Shown here piece by piece: positions 10,014-19,835 of a DNA stretch of 64,000 nt; positions within the stretch are counted from its first letter, which is position 1, and each line of letters opens with the position of its first letter. Location of the stretch: the NCBI GenBank assembly GCA_964291625.2, contig OZ220089.1:1888001-1952000 (forward strand), in the 5' to 3' direction. Source of the stretch: Candidatus Latescibacterota bacterium (GTDB lineage Bacteria > Latescibacterota > UBA2968 > UBA8231). The notes below the pieces were generated by a model. The model searched no databases. It saw only the letters and a program-made list of their open reading frames with translations, and was not told where the DNA came from. The translations under genes were made by a program, and so were the position numbers.

Positions 10014-10817
10014 ATGAGCACTTCAGCGTCCACAGAGCAGTCCTGCCTCGCCAACCAGCCCCCCGACGACGCCGTCATCGACGACTGGGTCCAGCGCTTT
10101 CACCGCGAGGGCTGCCTCTTCCTGCGCAACGTGCTGCCGCCGGACTGGTGCGCCGAGCTGCGCCGCGACCTCGAGAGCGCTCTGGGCCGCCCCGAGGCGG
10201 GGACCGGGAAGCAGCTCCACCCCCGCATGTTCGAGACCAGCGAGGCCAACCTGCGGCTCTTCGACCTGGAGCCGATCGTCACCTTCGCCGAGCGCCTGGT
10301 GGCGCCGGACTGCCACGTGATGCACAACAACAGCTTCCGTACCCCGACCGGCGGCGGCATCAGCAGCTGGCACCAGGACGACGCCCCCCATTTCGAGGTC
10401 ACCCACGGGGAACCGCCTGACAACGTCCATCTGCCGGTGCTGCTCTTCACCTGCAACTACTACCTCACCGACGTCGACACCGTGGAGCACGGGCCCACCC
10501 AGACGGTGCCGCGCTCACACCTGTTCGGCGCCGGGCCGCCGAACCCGATCGAGGGCAGCGGTTACGAGGACCGGGTGGTCTCCAACGTCGGCCCGGCGGG
10601 GAGCGTGATCATGTTCAACAACCAGGTCTGGCACCGGGGCGCTCCCAACCAGAGCGACCGCACCCGCTACATCACCCAGATCAGCTATGCCCGGCGCCTG
10701 ATCGGGCACAAGTACCATCCCTTCATGAACTACCAGATGCCGGAGCACGTGTACGCCGGCGCCGACGACCGGCGCCGCCGTCTGCTCGGCTTCCTGCCGA
10801 GCGGCGCCTACGGGTAG
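10014..10817 (+). CDS. Phytanoyl-CoA dioxygenase (PhyH) family 2OG-Fe(II) enzyme
   Basis: WHQD, GPTQTVPRSH, WHRGAPN. Confidence 0.9.
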   Translation: MSTSASTEQSCLANQPPDDAVIDDWVQRFHREGCLFLRNVLPPDWCAELRRDLESALGRPEAGTGKQLHPRMFETSEANLRLFDLEPIVTFAERLVAPDCHVMHNNSFRTPTGGGISSWHQDDAPHFEVTHGEPPDNVHLPVLLFTCNYYLTDVDTVEHGPTQTVPRSHLFGAGPPNPIEGSGYEDRVVSNVGPAGSVIMFNNQVWHRGAPNQSDRTRYITQISYARRLIGHKYHPFMNYQMPEHVYAGADDRRRRLLGFLPSGAYG

Positions 10818-10819
10818 GC

Positions 10820-11224
10820 CTACTGCATCGGAGAGCAGGCCCCCGGCGTCAGGATGACCGCGCGCTCCTCGGCGACGATGGCGCCGTGGCGCTCCTCGCT
10901 CTCGGCGCGGAGGGCGTGCCACTCGGGGTCGGCGACAAACCGCCGCCAGACGGCGTCGCGCTCCTCGAGGCTGTCGAAGGAGACGATGTAGGCGACCTCG
11001 TCCCGCCCGAACCGGGTGCCCTCCGCCGGCAGCACGATGCCTCCGGCCGAGTGCTCGGCCACCGCCTCCGCCGGAACCTCGCCGATCTCGAAGAAGCCGT
11101 GGAGCTTCACGCCGTGCTTTTCGAAGCAGCGGGCGCTGCCCTCCTCGAAGCGCTTCCGGAAGGCTTCCAGCTTGCCGGGGTGCAGCTTGTAGGTGCGGAA
11201 CTCGTAGATCCGTCCCATGCTCAT
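10820..11224 (-). CDS. NIPSNAP family protein
   Basis: IYEFRTYKLHPGK, ERDAVWRRFVADPEW. Confidence 0.88.
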   Translation of the reverse strand: MSMGRIYEFRTYKLHPGKLEAFRKRFEEGSARCFEKHGVKLHGFFEIGEVPAEAVAEHSAGGIVLPAEGTRFGRDEVAYIVSFDSLEERDAVWRRFVADPEWHALRAESEERHGAIVAEERAVILTPGACSPMQ

Positions 11225-12291
11225 GCCGCCGCCGGGGAACGCCAGCTGATCTCGGGCAGGTCCGCGGTAACCTCCGCGAGCCGGGCCAGCTCGTCCTCGG
11301 AGAGCGGACCCTGCGAGGCGGCGGCCACGTTCTCCTCGATCTCGGCGATGCTGCGGATCCCGGAGACGATCGACGAGACCGCCGGGTTGGAGAGGGCGAA
11401 GCGGATGCCGAGCCGGCGCAGGCCGGCGGACCCGCCCCCGGCGAACTCCTGGAGCCTGCGGGCCCCCTCGAGGATCCGTTCGGTCTCGTGCAGCCCCGGG
11501 TCGCCCTTCTCGTAGAAGCGCTCGGTCGCCGTCAGGGACCGACAGGCCGCGTCTCCCGACAGCAGGCCGCCGTGGAAGACGCCGGCGAGCAGAACCCCCA
11601 CGTCTCGCTCCGCCGCCACCGGCAGGAACTCCTTCTCCGCGTCCCGGACCAGCAGGTTGTGGGTGTTGTAAGTGAGGGCCACGTCGAACAGCCCCGTGCG
11701 GACGGCCTCGGTCAGCTCCGGCAGCATGCCGCTGACCCCGTGGAAGCGGATCTTGCCGGCCGCCTTCAGCCGCTCCAGGGCCTCGACCATGCCGGAGTTG
11801 ATGATCCGCTCGACCGCCCCGGCCCCCTCTCCGTACTGGTCGACGCTGTGGATGAGGAGGATGTCGATCTCGTCGATCTGCAGCCGGGCGAGGCTGGCTT
11901 CGGCCTGGGCGGCGATCTCCTCGGTCCGCAGAGCCTCGCCGTCGCCCATGCTGCCGCAGACGCCGGTCTTGGTGCACACCACCCAGTTCCTCCGATGGGC
12001 GGGGTCCCTCAGGTAGTGGCCGAAGACCTCCTCGCTGCGGCCGTAGGAAGGGGCCGTGTCGAGGAGGTTCACGCCCAGTTCCTCGGCGCGCGCCATGGTG
12101 CGGGCGAATCCCTCGGGCGCCACCTCGAAGTGGGGGTTGCCGCGGTAGGTGCCCGTTGGCCGGCCCGGCTCATGCGGGGAGGTGCCGTCGGCGGCGACCG
12201 GGCCGTACTTGCCCATGGGGCCGATCCCCCCGATGGCGATCTCGCTGACCTTCAGGCCGGTCCGGCCCAGGGCTCGTTGTTGCATGGACAT
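11221..12291 (-). CDS. Aldo/keto reductase
   Basis: LGRTGLKVSEI, DTAPSYGRSE, SLARLQ.D.IDILLIH, GKIRFHGVS. Confidence 0.9.
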   Translation of the reverse strand: MSMQQRALGRTGLKVSEIAIGGIGPMGKYGPVAADGTSPHEPGRPTGTYRGNPHFEVAPEGFARTMARAEELGVNLLDTAPSYGRSEEVFGHYLRDPAHRRNWVVCTKTGVCGSMGDGEALRTEEIAAQAEASLARLQIDEIDILLIHSVDQYGEGAGAVERIINSGMVEALERLKAAGKIRFHGVSGMLPELTEAVRTGLFDVALTYNTHNLLVRDAEKEFLPVAAERDVGVLLAGVFHGGLLSGDAACRSLTATERFYEKGDPGLHETERILEGARRLQEFAGGGSAGLRRLGIRFALSNPAVSSIVSGIRSIAEIEENVAAASQGPLSEDELARLAEVTADLPEISWRSPAAA

Positions 12292-12325
12292 CCTCCCGAA
12301 GTCGATGGCTTATGGCTTCTGTGAT

Positions 12326-13908
12326 CTACTCGCCTGGGGCGTCAGGGTCGCCCCCGGCTGAAGCGGAGCCGCCGCGGGCCTCTAGCAGCTCCATGATGCC
12401 CCACGACGCCTGCAGGATCACCTCCCAGGTGACGGAATCGGCCACGAGGTCGTCCAGGCTGACTCCCCCGTGGTGGTAGACCGCCATCCCCCCCCAGAGG
12501 GCGTCGTCCCGCAGACTCTGCACGTGAACGGCGATCTTCCACGCCCTCTTGATCTCCTCAACTCGCCATATCAGCCGCCACTCCGGTGGATCGGTACCGG
12601 CCAGGACGCCGGCGGCCTCCATCTTCTTCTTCATGTAGGTGTCGACCAGGTGCCTGGAGAGGGGGCCGAGCCATGGCGCGTGCGTCTCGGGATTCCACCC
12701 CGGATCCAGGTCCTCCACCAGAAGCGCAGCGCGGCATGACCTTCCGGCGGCACGGGGGCGTGCTCGAAGACCGAGATCCGCACCAGCTCCGGCTCCCAGG
12801 AGACGGGCTCCGGCACCTCGAACCGGTCCGCCGTCAGGCCCGTGTTCAACTCCGTGTGCCACTGGTATCCGGTGATCGTGGGGGTTCCCCTGCACGGAAG
12901 GACGGGTTCGGTAACCCAGACCACGAAGGGGGTCAACACCCCCCGGCTTTCCCGGTACTCCCGGTAGGTGGTCCTGCGGCAACCCTCCACCTCGGCGTAC
13001 AGCAGGCCGTTTTCCTGGTCGAAGTAGGCGAGACGCTGGCGGCCGAACTTGGTGTCGATGACGCGCACCGCCTCCAGGGTCGGGAAGTGCAACTCCCGCC
13101 GGCCCACGTACTCCGCGATCACGCCGTCGCCGCGGAACCGCGTGAGGAAGTCCCAGCGCTCGGCGCTGTGCCTCTCGTCCCGGGGGGGAATGAGAAGTCC
13201 ATGGTACAGGTACCAGCTCTGCCGGCCGTCGTATCCGCGCGCCAGCCGGGGCCGGAGATCCAGGCGGTAGCGCTGGCCGCGTAGGTAGGATCTGACCTCG
13301 ATCCCCTCCCAGATACTGCGCCGGCCGTTCCACTGCTCGACCTCGATGCGCTTGTCCCGGATCGCCTGCAGCCGCTCGAGACCCCCCATGGCCTCGATGG
13401 CGCGGGCGATGATCTCCTGGGCCCGGCTGCGCCGCCGGCCGGCCTCGGAAGTGATGTCGGCCAGGGGCAGCACCCGGATGCGGCGGCCGTGCAGCTCCAC
13501 GAGCTTGCGGCGGTAGAGGTCGGTGAGGGCGTCTTCGTAGGAGAGGGTGTCCCGCAGAATGTCGGGTCCCGCCCCGGAATCGTCCTCCAGCCCCGGTTCC
13601 GGGGCGAGGTCCTCCGGCACGACCGCCGGCGGGGCCGCCGCCACCTCGGGCAGGGGCGCCTCCATCATCAGCTCGGCCAGGCGGAGCTGCTCCATCACCA
13701 CCTCGGGCACCGAGGCGCGCGGCTCGGGCTGGAAGCGTTGCGCCTCCAGGGCCGGGGCCAGCTCGAAGCGCGCCGGGCGCAGCACCCTCAGCACCCTCAG
13801 CACCCGCTCTGCCGCCCAGCGCTGGTAGGCCCACAGGAAGAGCATGTGCACCACCAGCGACGCCAGCAGGCACAGCAGCACGCGGCGGTTGCGGAAGAAG
13901 CGGATCAT
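12326..13908 (-). CDS. Membrane-anchored LolA-like/lipoprotein-sorting-type paralog, copy 1 (frameshift near 12723)
   Basis: Starts MIRFFRNRR; homology to copies 2-4 switches frame after PPEGHAALR. Confidence 0.75.
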
Positions 13909-14121
13909 CGTCCGGCGTCCATGGTCCCGCGCCCCGTGGCCCCCGCGTTCCGGGCCGGAACTTCCTGCCCCTCCGGAGTCGCGCTGTCGGTGGTGCCTTC
14001 TGCATACGCAACGGACCGCGGCCGGGGCTCTGCAAACCGCGCCCGGGATCACGGCCGTCTTCCGGCCCACATGTCGCGGAGGCCCTGTCGCTACACGGCC
14101 CCAGGGCGCAACTTTGCCGGC

Positions 14122-14709
14122 ATGAACAACACCAACCTGCAGGCGATCCTCTTCGACATGGACGGCACCCTGACCGTCCCCCACATCGACTGGAAATCCC
14201 TGCGCGCCCGCGTCGGCGTGCCCGAGGGCGCCGGCATCATGGAGTACATCTACGGGCTGCCGCCGGACGAGGCCGGGCGCGCCGAGGGCATGGTCCTCGA
14301 GACCGAGTTGGAGGCGGCCGCGGCAGCGGTCCCCAACGAGGGGCTTGCGGAGCTCTTCGAGGGACTGGACCGCTCGCCCCTGATGCGCGCCCTGATCACC
14401 AACAACCACCGCGAGGCCATGGAGCGAGTGGTGGCGGCCTTCGGGCTGAGCTTCGACGTGATGCTCTGCCGGGAGGACGGACTGCTGAAGCCGGCCCCGG
14501 ACCTGCTGTGGCTGGCCCTGGAGCGGCTCGGCGTGGCCTCCGCCGACGCGGTCTTCGTCGGCGACGGGCGCTACGACCGCATGGCCTCGGAGGCGGCGGG
14601 CGTCCCCTACGTGCATCTGGACAACCACGGGGACGGCGAGGACGGGGACGGCCTGGTGATCTACTCGCTGCCGGAGCTGCTGCCGGCGCTCGGAGTCGAC
14701 GCCGGCTGA
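14122..14709 (+). CDS. HAD family hydrolase
   Basis: FDMDGTL, LITNN, KPAPD, FVGDGRYD. Confidence 0.92.
   Translation: MNNTNLQAILFDMDGTLTVPHIDWKSLRARVGVPEGAGIMEYIYGLPPDEAGRAEGMVLETELEAAAAAVPNEGLAELFEGLDRSPLMRALITNNHREAMERVVAAFGLSFDVMLCREDGLLKPAPDLLWLALERLGVASADAVFVGDGRYDRMASEAAGVPYVHLDNHGDGEDGDGLVIYSLPELLPALGVDAG
14656..14709. repeat. HAD 3'-end sequence repeated at the ends of the paralog copies
   Basis: gtgatctactcgctgccgga..ggagtcgacg..ggctga at 14656, 16274 and 17994; partial copy at 12321. Confidence 0.85.
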
Positions 14710-16250
14710 GCCGCGGCGGTGCGGGCATCGAGGAGCTCCTTGATGCCCGCCGATGCCCGCGAGATCCCCTCGAAGGTCAGGTGATCGGCCGCCTGGTCGT
14801 CGATGGCAGCGCCGCGGACCCTCCAGCGGTCCTTCACCTCCCCTTCCCACAGGCCCTCGTCAGTCAGGCTCTGCACTCGCACGGCGAACACGATCGTGGC
14901 CACCGGCGGGCCCCCATCCAGCCCGGGCACCACCCAGAACCCCTCCACCCACCACGTCAGCCGCCACTCGGGTTCGGCCTCTGCCAGGACGCCGGACGCC
15001 TCCAGCTTCCTCTTCATGTAGGTCCGGAGCAAGTTGGTTGCGATGGGGTCGATCCAGGCCCGGCCCTCGAGATTGACCCCCGGGTCCAGTTCCTCCAACC
15101 GAAGGCTCAGCGCGGGGGGACCTCCCGGCGGCACGGGGGCGTGCTCGAAGACCACCATTCGCACCGCCTCCGGCTCCCAGGAGACGGGTTCCGGCACCTC
15201 GAAGAGGTCCGCCGTCAGGCCGGCGTTCAGCTCCGTGTGCCAGCGGTAGCGCTTGACCCCGACCAGGACCTCGAAGGGCGTCAACACCTCTCCGGTCTCC
15301 CGGTACTGCCTGTAGGTGGTCGTACGGCCGCCCTCCACCTCGGCGTGAAGCAGGCCGTCGTAGGGGTCGAAGTAGGCGAGACGCTGGCGGCCGAACTTCG
15401 TGTCGATGACGCGCACCGCCTCCAGAGGCCGGTATTGCATCCGCCGGCGGCCCACGTACTCGACGATCACGCCGTCGCCGCGGAACCGCGACAGGAAGTC
15501 CCAGCGCTCGGCGTTGTAGCTCTCGTCCCGGGGGGGCAGGAGCAGTCCGTAGCGCAGGTACCAGCTCTGCCGGCCGTCGTGTCCCCGGGCCACACCAGGA
15601 GCGGTGTCGACGCGGTAGCGCCGGCCGCGCAGGTAGGAGCGCACCCCGGCGGGGTACCAGCGTTGGTCCTTTCCGCTCCATACCTCGGCCCGAACCCTCT
15701 TGTCCCGGATCGCCTGCAACCTCTCGAGCCCGCCCATGGCCTCGATGGCGCGGCCGATGATCTCCCGGGCCCGGCGGCGCCGACGGCCGGCCTCGGAGGT
15801 GGCGTCGGCCAGGGGCAGCACCCGGATGCGGCGCCCGTGCAGCTCCACGAGCTTGCGCCGGTAGAGGTCGGTGAGGGCGCTGTCGTAGGAGAGGGTGTCC
15901 CCCGGCAGGACGGCGGGTCCCAGCCCGGGATCCGCCTCCAGGCCCGGCTGCGGCGCCAGGCCTTCCAGCCCCACCGATGGCACCGCCGCCGCCGCCTCGG
16001 GCAGGGGTGCCTCCATCATCAGTTCGGCGAGGCGGAGCTGCTCCATCACCACCTCGGGCACCGTGGCGCGCGGCGCCGGCTCGAAGCGTTGCGGCTCCAG
16101 CGACGGGGCCAGCTCGAACCGCGCCGGGCGCAGCACCCGCAGCACTCGTTCGGCCGCCCAACGCTGGTAGGCCCACAGGAAGAGCATGTGCACCGCCAGC
16201 GACGCCAGCAGGCACAGGACCACGCGGCGGTTGCGGAGGGAGCGGATCAT
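14661..16250 (-). CDS. Membrane-anchored paralog, copy 2
   Basis: N-terminal TM; AIEAMGGLERLQAIRD; TTYRQYRETGEVLTPF. Confidence 0.8.
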   Translation of the reverse strand: MIRSLRNRRVVLCLLASLAVHMLFLWAYQRWAAERVLRVLRPARFELAPSLEPQRFEPAPRATVPEVVMEQLRLAELMMEAPLPEAAAAVPSVGLEGLAPQPGLEADPGLGPAVLPGDTLSYDSALTDLYRRKLVELHGRRIRVLPLADATSEAGRRRRRAREIIGRAIEAMGGLERLQAIRDKRVRAEVWSGKDQRWYPAGVRSYLRGRRYRVDTAPGVARGHDGRQSWYLRYGLLLPPRDESYNAERWDFLSRFRGDGVIVEYVGRRRMQYRPLEAVRVIDTKFGRQRLAYFDPYDGLLHAEVEGGRTTTYRQYRETGEVLTPFEVLVGVKRYRWHTELNAGLTADLFEVPEPVSWEPEAVRMVVFEHAPVPPGGPPALSLRLEELDPGVNLEGRAWIDPIATNLLRTYMKRKLEASGVLAEAEPEWRLTWWVEGFWVVPGLDGGPPVATIVFAVRVQSLTDEGLWEGEVKDRWRVRGAAIDDQAADHLTFEGISRASAGIKELLDARTAAAQPASTPSAGSSSGSE

Positions 16251-16278
16251 CGTGGTCCGGGGACGGAGGCCGCGTGAT

Positions 16279-17910
16279 CTACTCGCTGCCGGACCTGCTG
16301 CCGGCGCTTGGAGTCGACGCTGGCTGAGCCGCCGCGTCCCGGGCGTCGAGGATCGCCTTGATGCCTGCCGATGCCAGCAGGATCACCTGGGTGGTGAGGT
16401 TGTCGGCGCTGCCGCCGTTGATCGGCCGGCCGAGAACCTTCCATTGGTCCCGCACCTCCCCCTCCCACAGGCCTTCACCACGCAGGCTCTGCAGGCTCAC
16501 CGAGATCACGATGGAGGCAACGGGCGGCCTTCGATTCGGTCTGACCCAGAACTCCTCCACCCGCCAGGTCAACCGCCACTCCGGGGGTTCGGTGCCTGCC
16601 AGGACGCCGGCCGCCTGCAGCTTCCGCTTCATGTAGGTGTCGAGCAGGTGCATTTCCATGGACTCGAGCCACGGGCGGGGTTCGCGTCGCCGCCCCCGGG
16701 GCTGAAGCGGATCGTCCTGCGGGCGGTGCACCTGGCCAAGGTCCTGCACCTGAAGGCGCAGCGCGGCGGGACCTCCCGGCGGCACGGGGGCGTACTCGAA
16801 GACCAGGGTCCGCACCAGCTCCGGCTCCCAGGAGATCTGCTCCGGCACATCGAACCGGTCGGCCGTCAGGCCCGTGTTCAACTCCGTGTGCCAGCGGTAC
16901 CGGACATCCCTCGGCGCGTCGACCCGGACCTCGAAGGGCGTCAGTACGCCCCCGGTCTCACGGTACTGCCTGTAGGTGGTCGTGCGGCCGCCCTCCACCT
17001 CGGCGTACAGGAGGCTGTCGCCGACATCGAAATAGGCGAGACGGTGGCGGCCGAAGGCGGTGTCGATGACACGCACCGCCTCCAGGGTCCGGAACCTCAT
17101 CTCCCGCCGGCCCAGGTACTCCACGATCACGCCGTCTCCGCGAAACCGCGTCAGGAAGTCCCAGCGCTCGGCGGCGTACCTCTCGTCCCGCGGGGGCAGG
17201 AGGAGTCCGTAACGCAGGTACCAACTCCGCATGCCGTCGTACCCGCGCGCCATATCGGGGCTGATGTCGACGCGGTAGCGCTGACCGCGCAGGTACGAGC
17301 GCACGCTGCCCGGCTCCCAGACCCGGCGCCGTGCGTTCCACCTCTCGACCCGGACCTGCTTGTCCCGGATCGCCTGCAGCCGCTCGAGCCCGCCCATGGC
17401 CTCGATGGCGCGGTCGATGATCTGTCGGGCCCGGCGGCGCCGACGGCCGGCCTCGGAGGTGGCGTCGGCCAGGGGCAACACCCGGATGCGGCGCCCGTGC
17501 AGCTCCACCAGCTTGCGGCGATAGAGGTCGGTGAGGGCACTGTCGTAGGACAGGGTGTCCCCCGGCAGGACGGCGGGTCCCAGCCCCGGATCGGCCTCCA
17601 GGCCCGGCTGCGGCGCCAGGCCCTCCAGCCCCACCGATGGCACCGCCACCGCGTCCTCGGGCAGGGGCGCCTCCATCATCAGCTCGGCCAGACGGAGCTG
17701 CTCCATCACGACATCGGGCACCGTGGCGCGGGGCGCCGGCTCGAAGCGTTGCGGCTCCAGCGACGGGGCCAGCTCGAAGCGCGCCGGGCGCAGCACCCGC
17801 AGCACGCGTTCGGCCGCCCAGCGCTGGTAGGCCCACAGGAAGAGCATGTGCACCGCCAGCGAAGCGAGCAGGCACAGGAGCACGCGGCGATTGCGGAGGG
17901 AGCGGCTCAT
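16279..17910 (-). CDS. Membrane-anchored paralog, copy 3
   Basis: Same framework as copy 2. Confidence 0.8.
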   Translation of the reverse strand: MSRSLRNRRVLLCLLASLAVHMLFLWAYQRWAAERVLRVLRPARFELAPSLEPQRFEPAPRATVPDVVMEQLRLAELMMEAPLPEDAVAVPSVGLEGLAPQPGLEADPGLGPAVLPGDTLSYDSALTDLYRRKLVELHGRRIRVLPLADATSEAGRRRRRARQIIDRAIEAMGGLERLQAIRDKQVRVERWNARRRVWEPGSVRSYLRGQRYRVDISPDMARGYDGMRSWYLRYGLLLPPRDERYAAERWDFLTRFRGDGVIVEYLGRREMRFRTLEAVRVIDTAFGRHRLAYFDVGDSLLYAEVEGGRTTTYRQYRETGGVLTPFEVRVDAPRDVRYRWHTELNTGLTADRFDVPEQISWEPELVRTLVFEYAPVPPGGPAALRLQVQDLGQVHRPQDDPLQPRGRRREPRPWLESMEMHLLDTYMKRKLQAAGVLAGTEPPEWRLTWRVEEFWVRPNRRPPVASIVISVSLQSLRGEGLWEGEVRDQWKVLGRPINGGSADNLTTQVILLASAGIKAILDARDAAAQPASTPSAGSRSGSE

Positions 17911-17998
17911 GCCCATCCTGCGGTTGATGACCTCCAGGCCGGCTCGTGTTCCAATCTCAGAGCCGTCGTCAAGACCACGGCACGGGCCGCCCCGTGAT

Positions 17999-19675
17999 CT
18001 ACTCGACGCCGGAGCTGCTGCCGCTCGGAGTCGACGCTGGCTGAGCGGCGGCGGCGCGGGCGTCGAGAAGCTGCTTCATGCCCACCGAGCCTTCAGGATC
18101 ACTTGCCAGGTGACGGCATCGGCCACGAGGTCGTCGATGGAGGTGGCCTTGAGGAGCCATTCGTCTTCCTCTGCCTCGGGAGTGGGGGACGATCCATCGG
18201 TGGTCCACAAACCCCTCCCACCAGTCTCCGTCTCGCAGGCTCTGGACGCGAACAGCGATCTTCAGCGTCGCTATCTCGATAGTATGGCCCTCCCCGATCG
18301 GCGGCGCCTCGTCATCGCGAAGCTGCTTTACTCTCCGGAACCCTTCCACTCGCCAGGCCAACCGCCACTCCGGGGGATCGGCGCCCGCCAGGACACCACC
18401 CGCCTGCAGTTTCCTCTTCATGTAGGTGTCCAACAGGTACGCATCAGGAGGCATGAGCCAGGGCCCTCCCCCGGCTATCAGTCCCGGCCTCGCATTGTCT
18501 GGCGAGCGCTCCCCCTGGGTCAGGTTCTCCACCTGAAGGCGCAGCCCGGCCGCTCCTCCCGGCGGCACGGGGACGTGCTCGAAGACCGCGGTCCGTACCG
18601 ACTCCAGCTCCCAGGAAGCCTCCTCCGGCACGTCGAACCGAGCCGCGGCCAGGCCCGTGTTCAGCTCCGTATGCCAGCGGTACCCGCCGCGGACTTCGAA
18701 GGGAGTCAGCACTCCCTGGGTCTGCCGGTACTCCCGATACGTGGTCGTGCGGCCTCCCTCTACCTCGGCGTACAGCAGGCTGTCTTCCATGCCGAAGTAG
18801 GCCAACCGCTGGCGGCCGAACTTCGTGTCGATGACGCGCACCGCTGCCAGGGTCCGGAACTGCATCTCCCGGTGGCCCACGAACTCCACGACCACGCCAT
18901 CCCCGCGGAACCTCGACAGGAAGTCCCAGCGCTCGGCGTTGTACCTCTCGTCCCGAGGAGGCAGGAGCAGCCCGTAGTACAGGTACCAGCTCCGATGCCC
19001 GTCATGCCCGCGCGCCATGTTGGGCCCGATGTCCAGGCGGTAGCGCTCACCGCGCAAGTAGGAGCGCGTGCCGACCGACTTCCAGATCTGGCGTTCGCCA
19101 TCCCACCTCTCGACGCGGATCCGCTTGTCCCGAATCGCCTGCAGCCGCTCGAGCCCGCCCATGGCCTTGATGGCGCGGTCGATGATCTCCCGGGCTCGGG
19201 CGCGCCGACGGCCGGCCTCGGAGGTGGCGTCGGCCAGGGGCAGCACCCGGATGCGGCGCCCCTGCAGCTCCACGAGCTTGCGGCGGTAGAGGTCGGCGAG
19301 GGCGCTGTCGTAGGAGAGGGTGTCCCCCGGCAGAACGGCGGGTCCCAGCCCCGGATCGGCCTCCAGCCCCGGCGCCGGCGCCAGGCCTTCCAGCCCCACC
19401 GATGGCACCGCCGCCGCGTCCTCGGGCAGGGGCGCCTCCATCAGCAGCTCGGCCAGGCGGAGCTGCTCCATCACGACATCCGGCACCGTGGCGCGCGGCG
19501 CCGGCTCGAAGCGTTGCGGCTCCAGCGACGGGGCCAGCTCGAAGCGCGCCGGGCGCAGCACCCGCAGCACGGGCTGGGCCGCCCAGCGCTGGTAGGCCCA
19601 CAGGAAGAGCATGTGCACCGCCAGCGACGCCAGCAGGCAGAGCACCACGCGGCGGTTGCGGAGGGAGCGGATCAC
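17999..19675 (-). CDS. Membrane-anchored paralog, copy 4 (two compensating indels near the C-terminus)
   Basis: Same framework; the homologous SIDDLVADAVTWQVIL sits in another frame at about 18090-18180. Confidence 0.8.
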   Translation of the reverse strand: MIRSLRNRRVVLCLLASLAVHMLFLWAYQRWAAQPVLRVLRPARFELAPSLEPQRFEPAPRATVPDVVMEQLRLAELLMEAPLPEDAAAVPSVGLEGLAPAPGLEADPGLGPAVLPGDTLSYDSALADLYRRKLVELQGRRIRVLPLADATSEAGRRRARAREIIDRAIKAMGGLERLQAIRDKRIRVERWDGERQIWKSVGTRSYLRGERYRLDIGPNMARGHDGHRSWYLYYGLLLPPRDERYNAERWDFLSRFRGDGVVVEFVGHREMQFRTLAAVRVIDTKFGRQRLAYFGMEDSLLYAEVEGGRTTTYREYRQTQGVLTPFEVRGGYRWHTELNTGLAAARFDVPEEASWELESVRTAVFEHVPVPPGGAAGLRLQVENLTQGERSPDNARPGLIAGGGPWLMPPDAYLLDTYMKRKLQAGGVLAGADPPEWRLAWRVEGFRRVKQLRDDEAPPIGEGHTIEIATLKIAVRVQSLRDGDWWEGFVDHRWIVPHSRGRGRRMAPQGHLHRRPRGRCRHLASDPEGSVGMKQLLDARAAAAQPASTPSGSSSGVE

Positions 19676-19835
19676 AGGAGGTCGTCACAGAGGCCCGCCG
19701 GCGTTCGTGGCCCGCTCGGAACTGCGGCCTTCGGGGGCAGGCCCCTGGCGCCTAGTCTAAGGCGTGCCGTCCTTGCCCGCCCGTTCCACCCCCCCTACCT
19801 TCGCCCCTCCCAACCCCAACGCCTTCCGGCCGGTG

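Noticed and set aside
12326-19675. Paralog array as a diversity-generating retroelement or shufflon
   Set aside because: No reverse transcriptase, template repeat or recombinase in the window. Variation includes indels, is not evidently adenine-specific, and all copies share one orientation.
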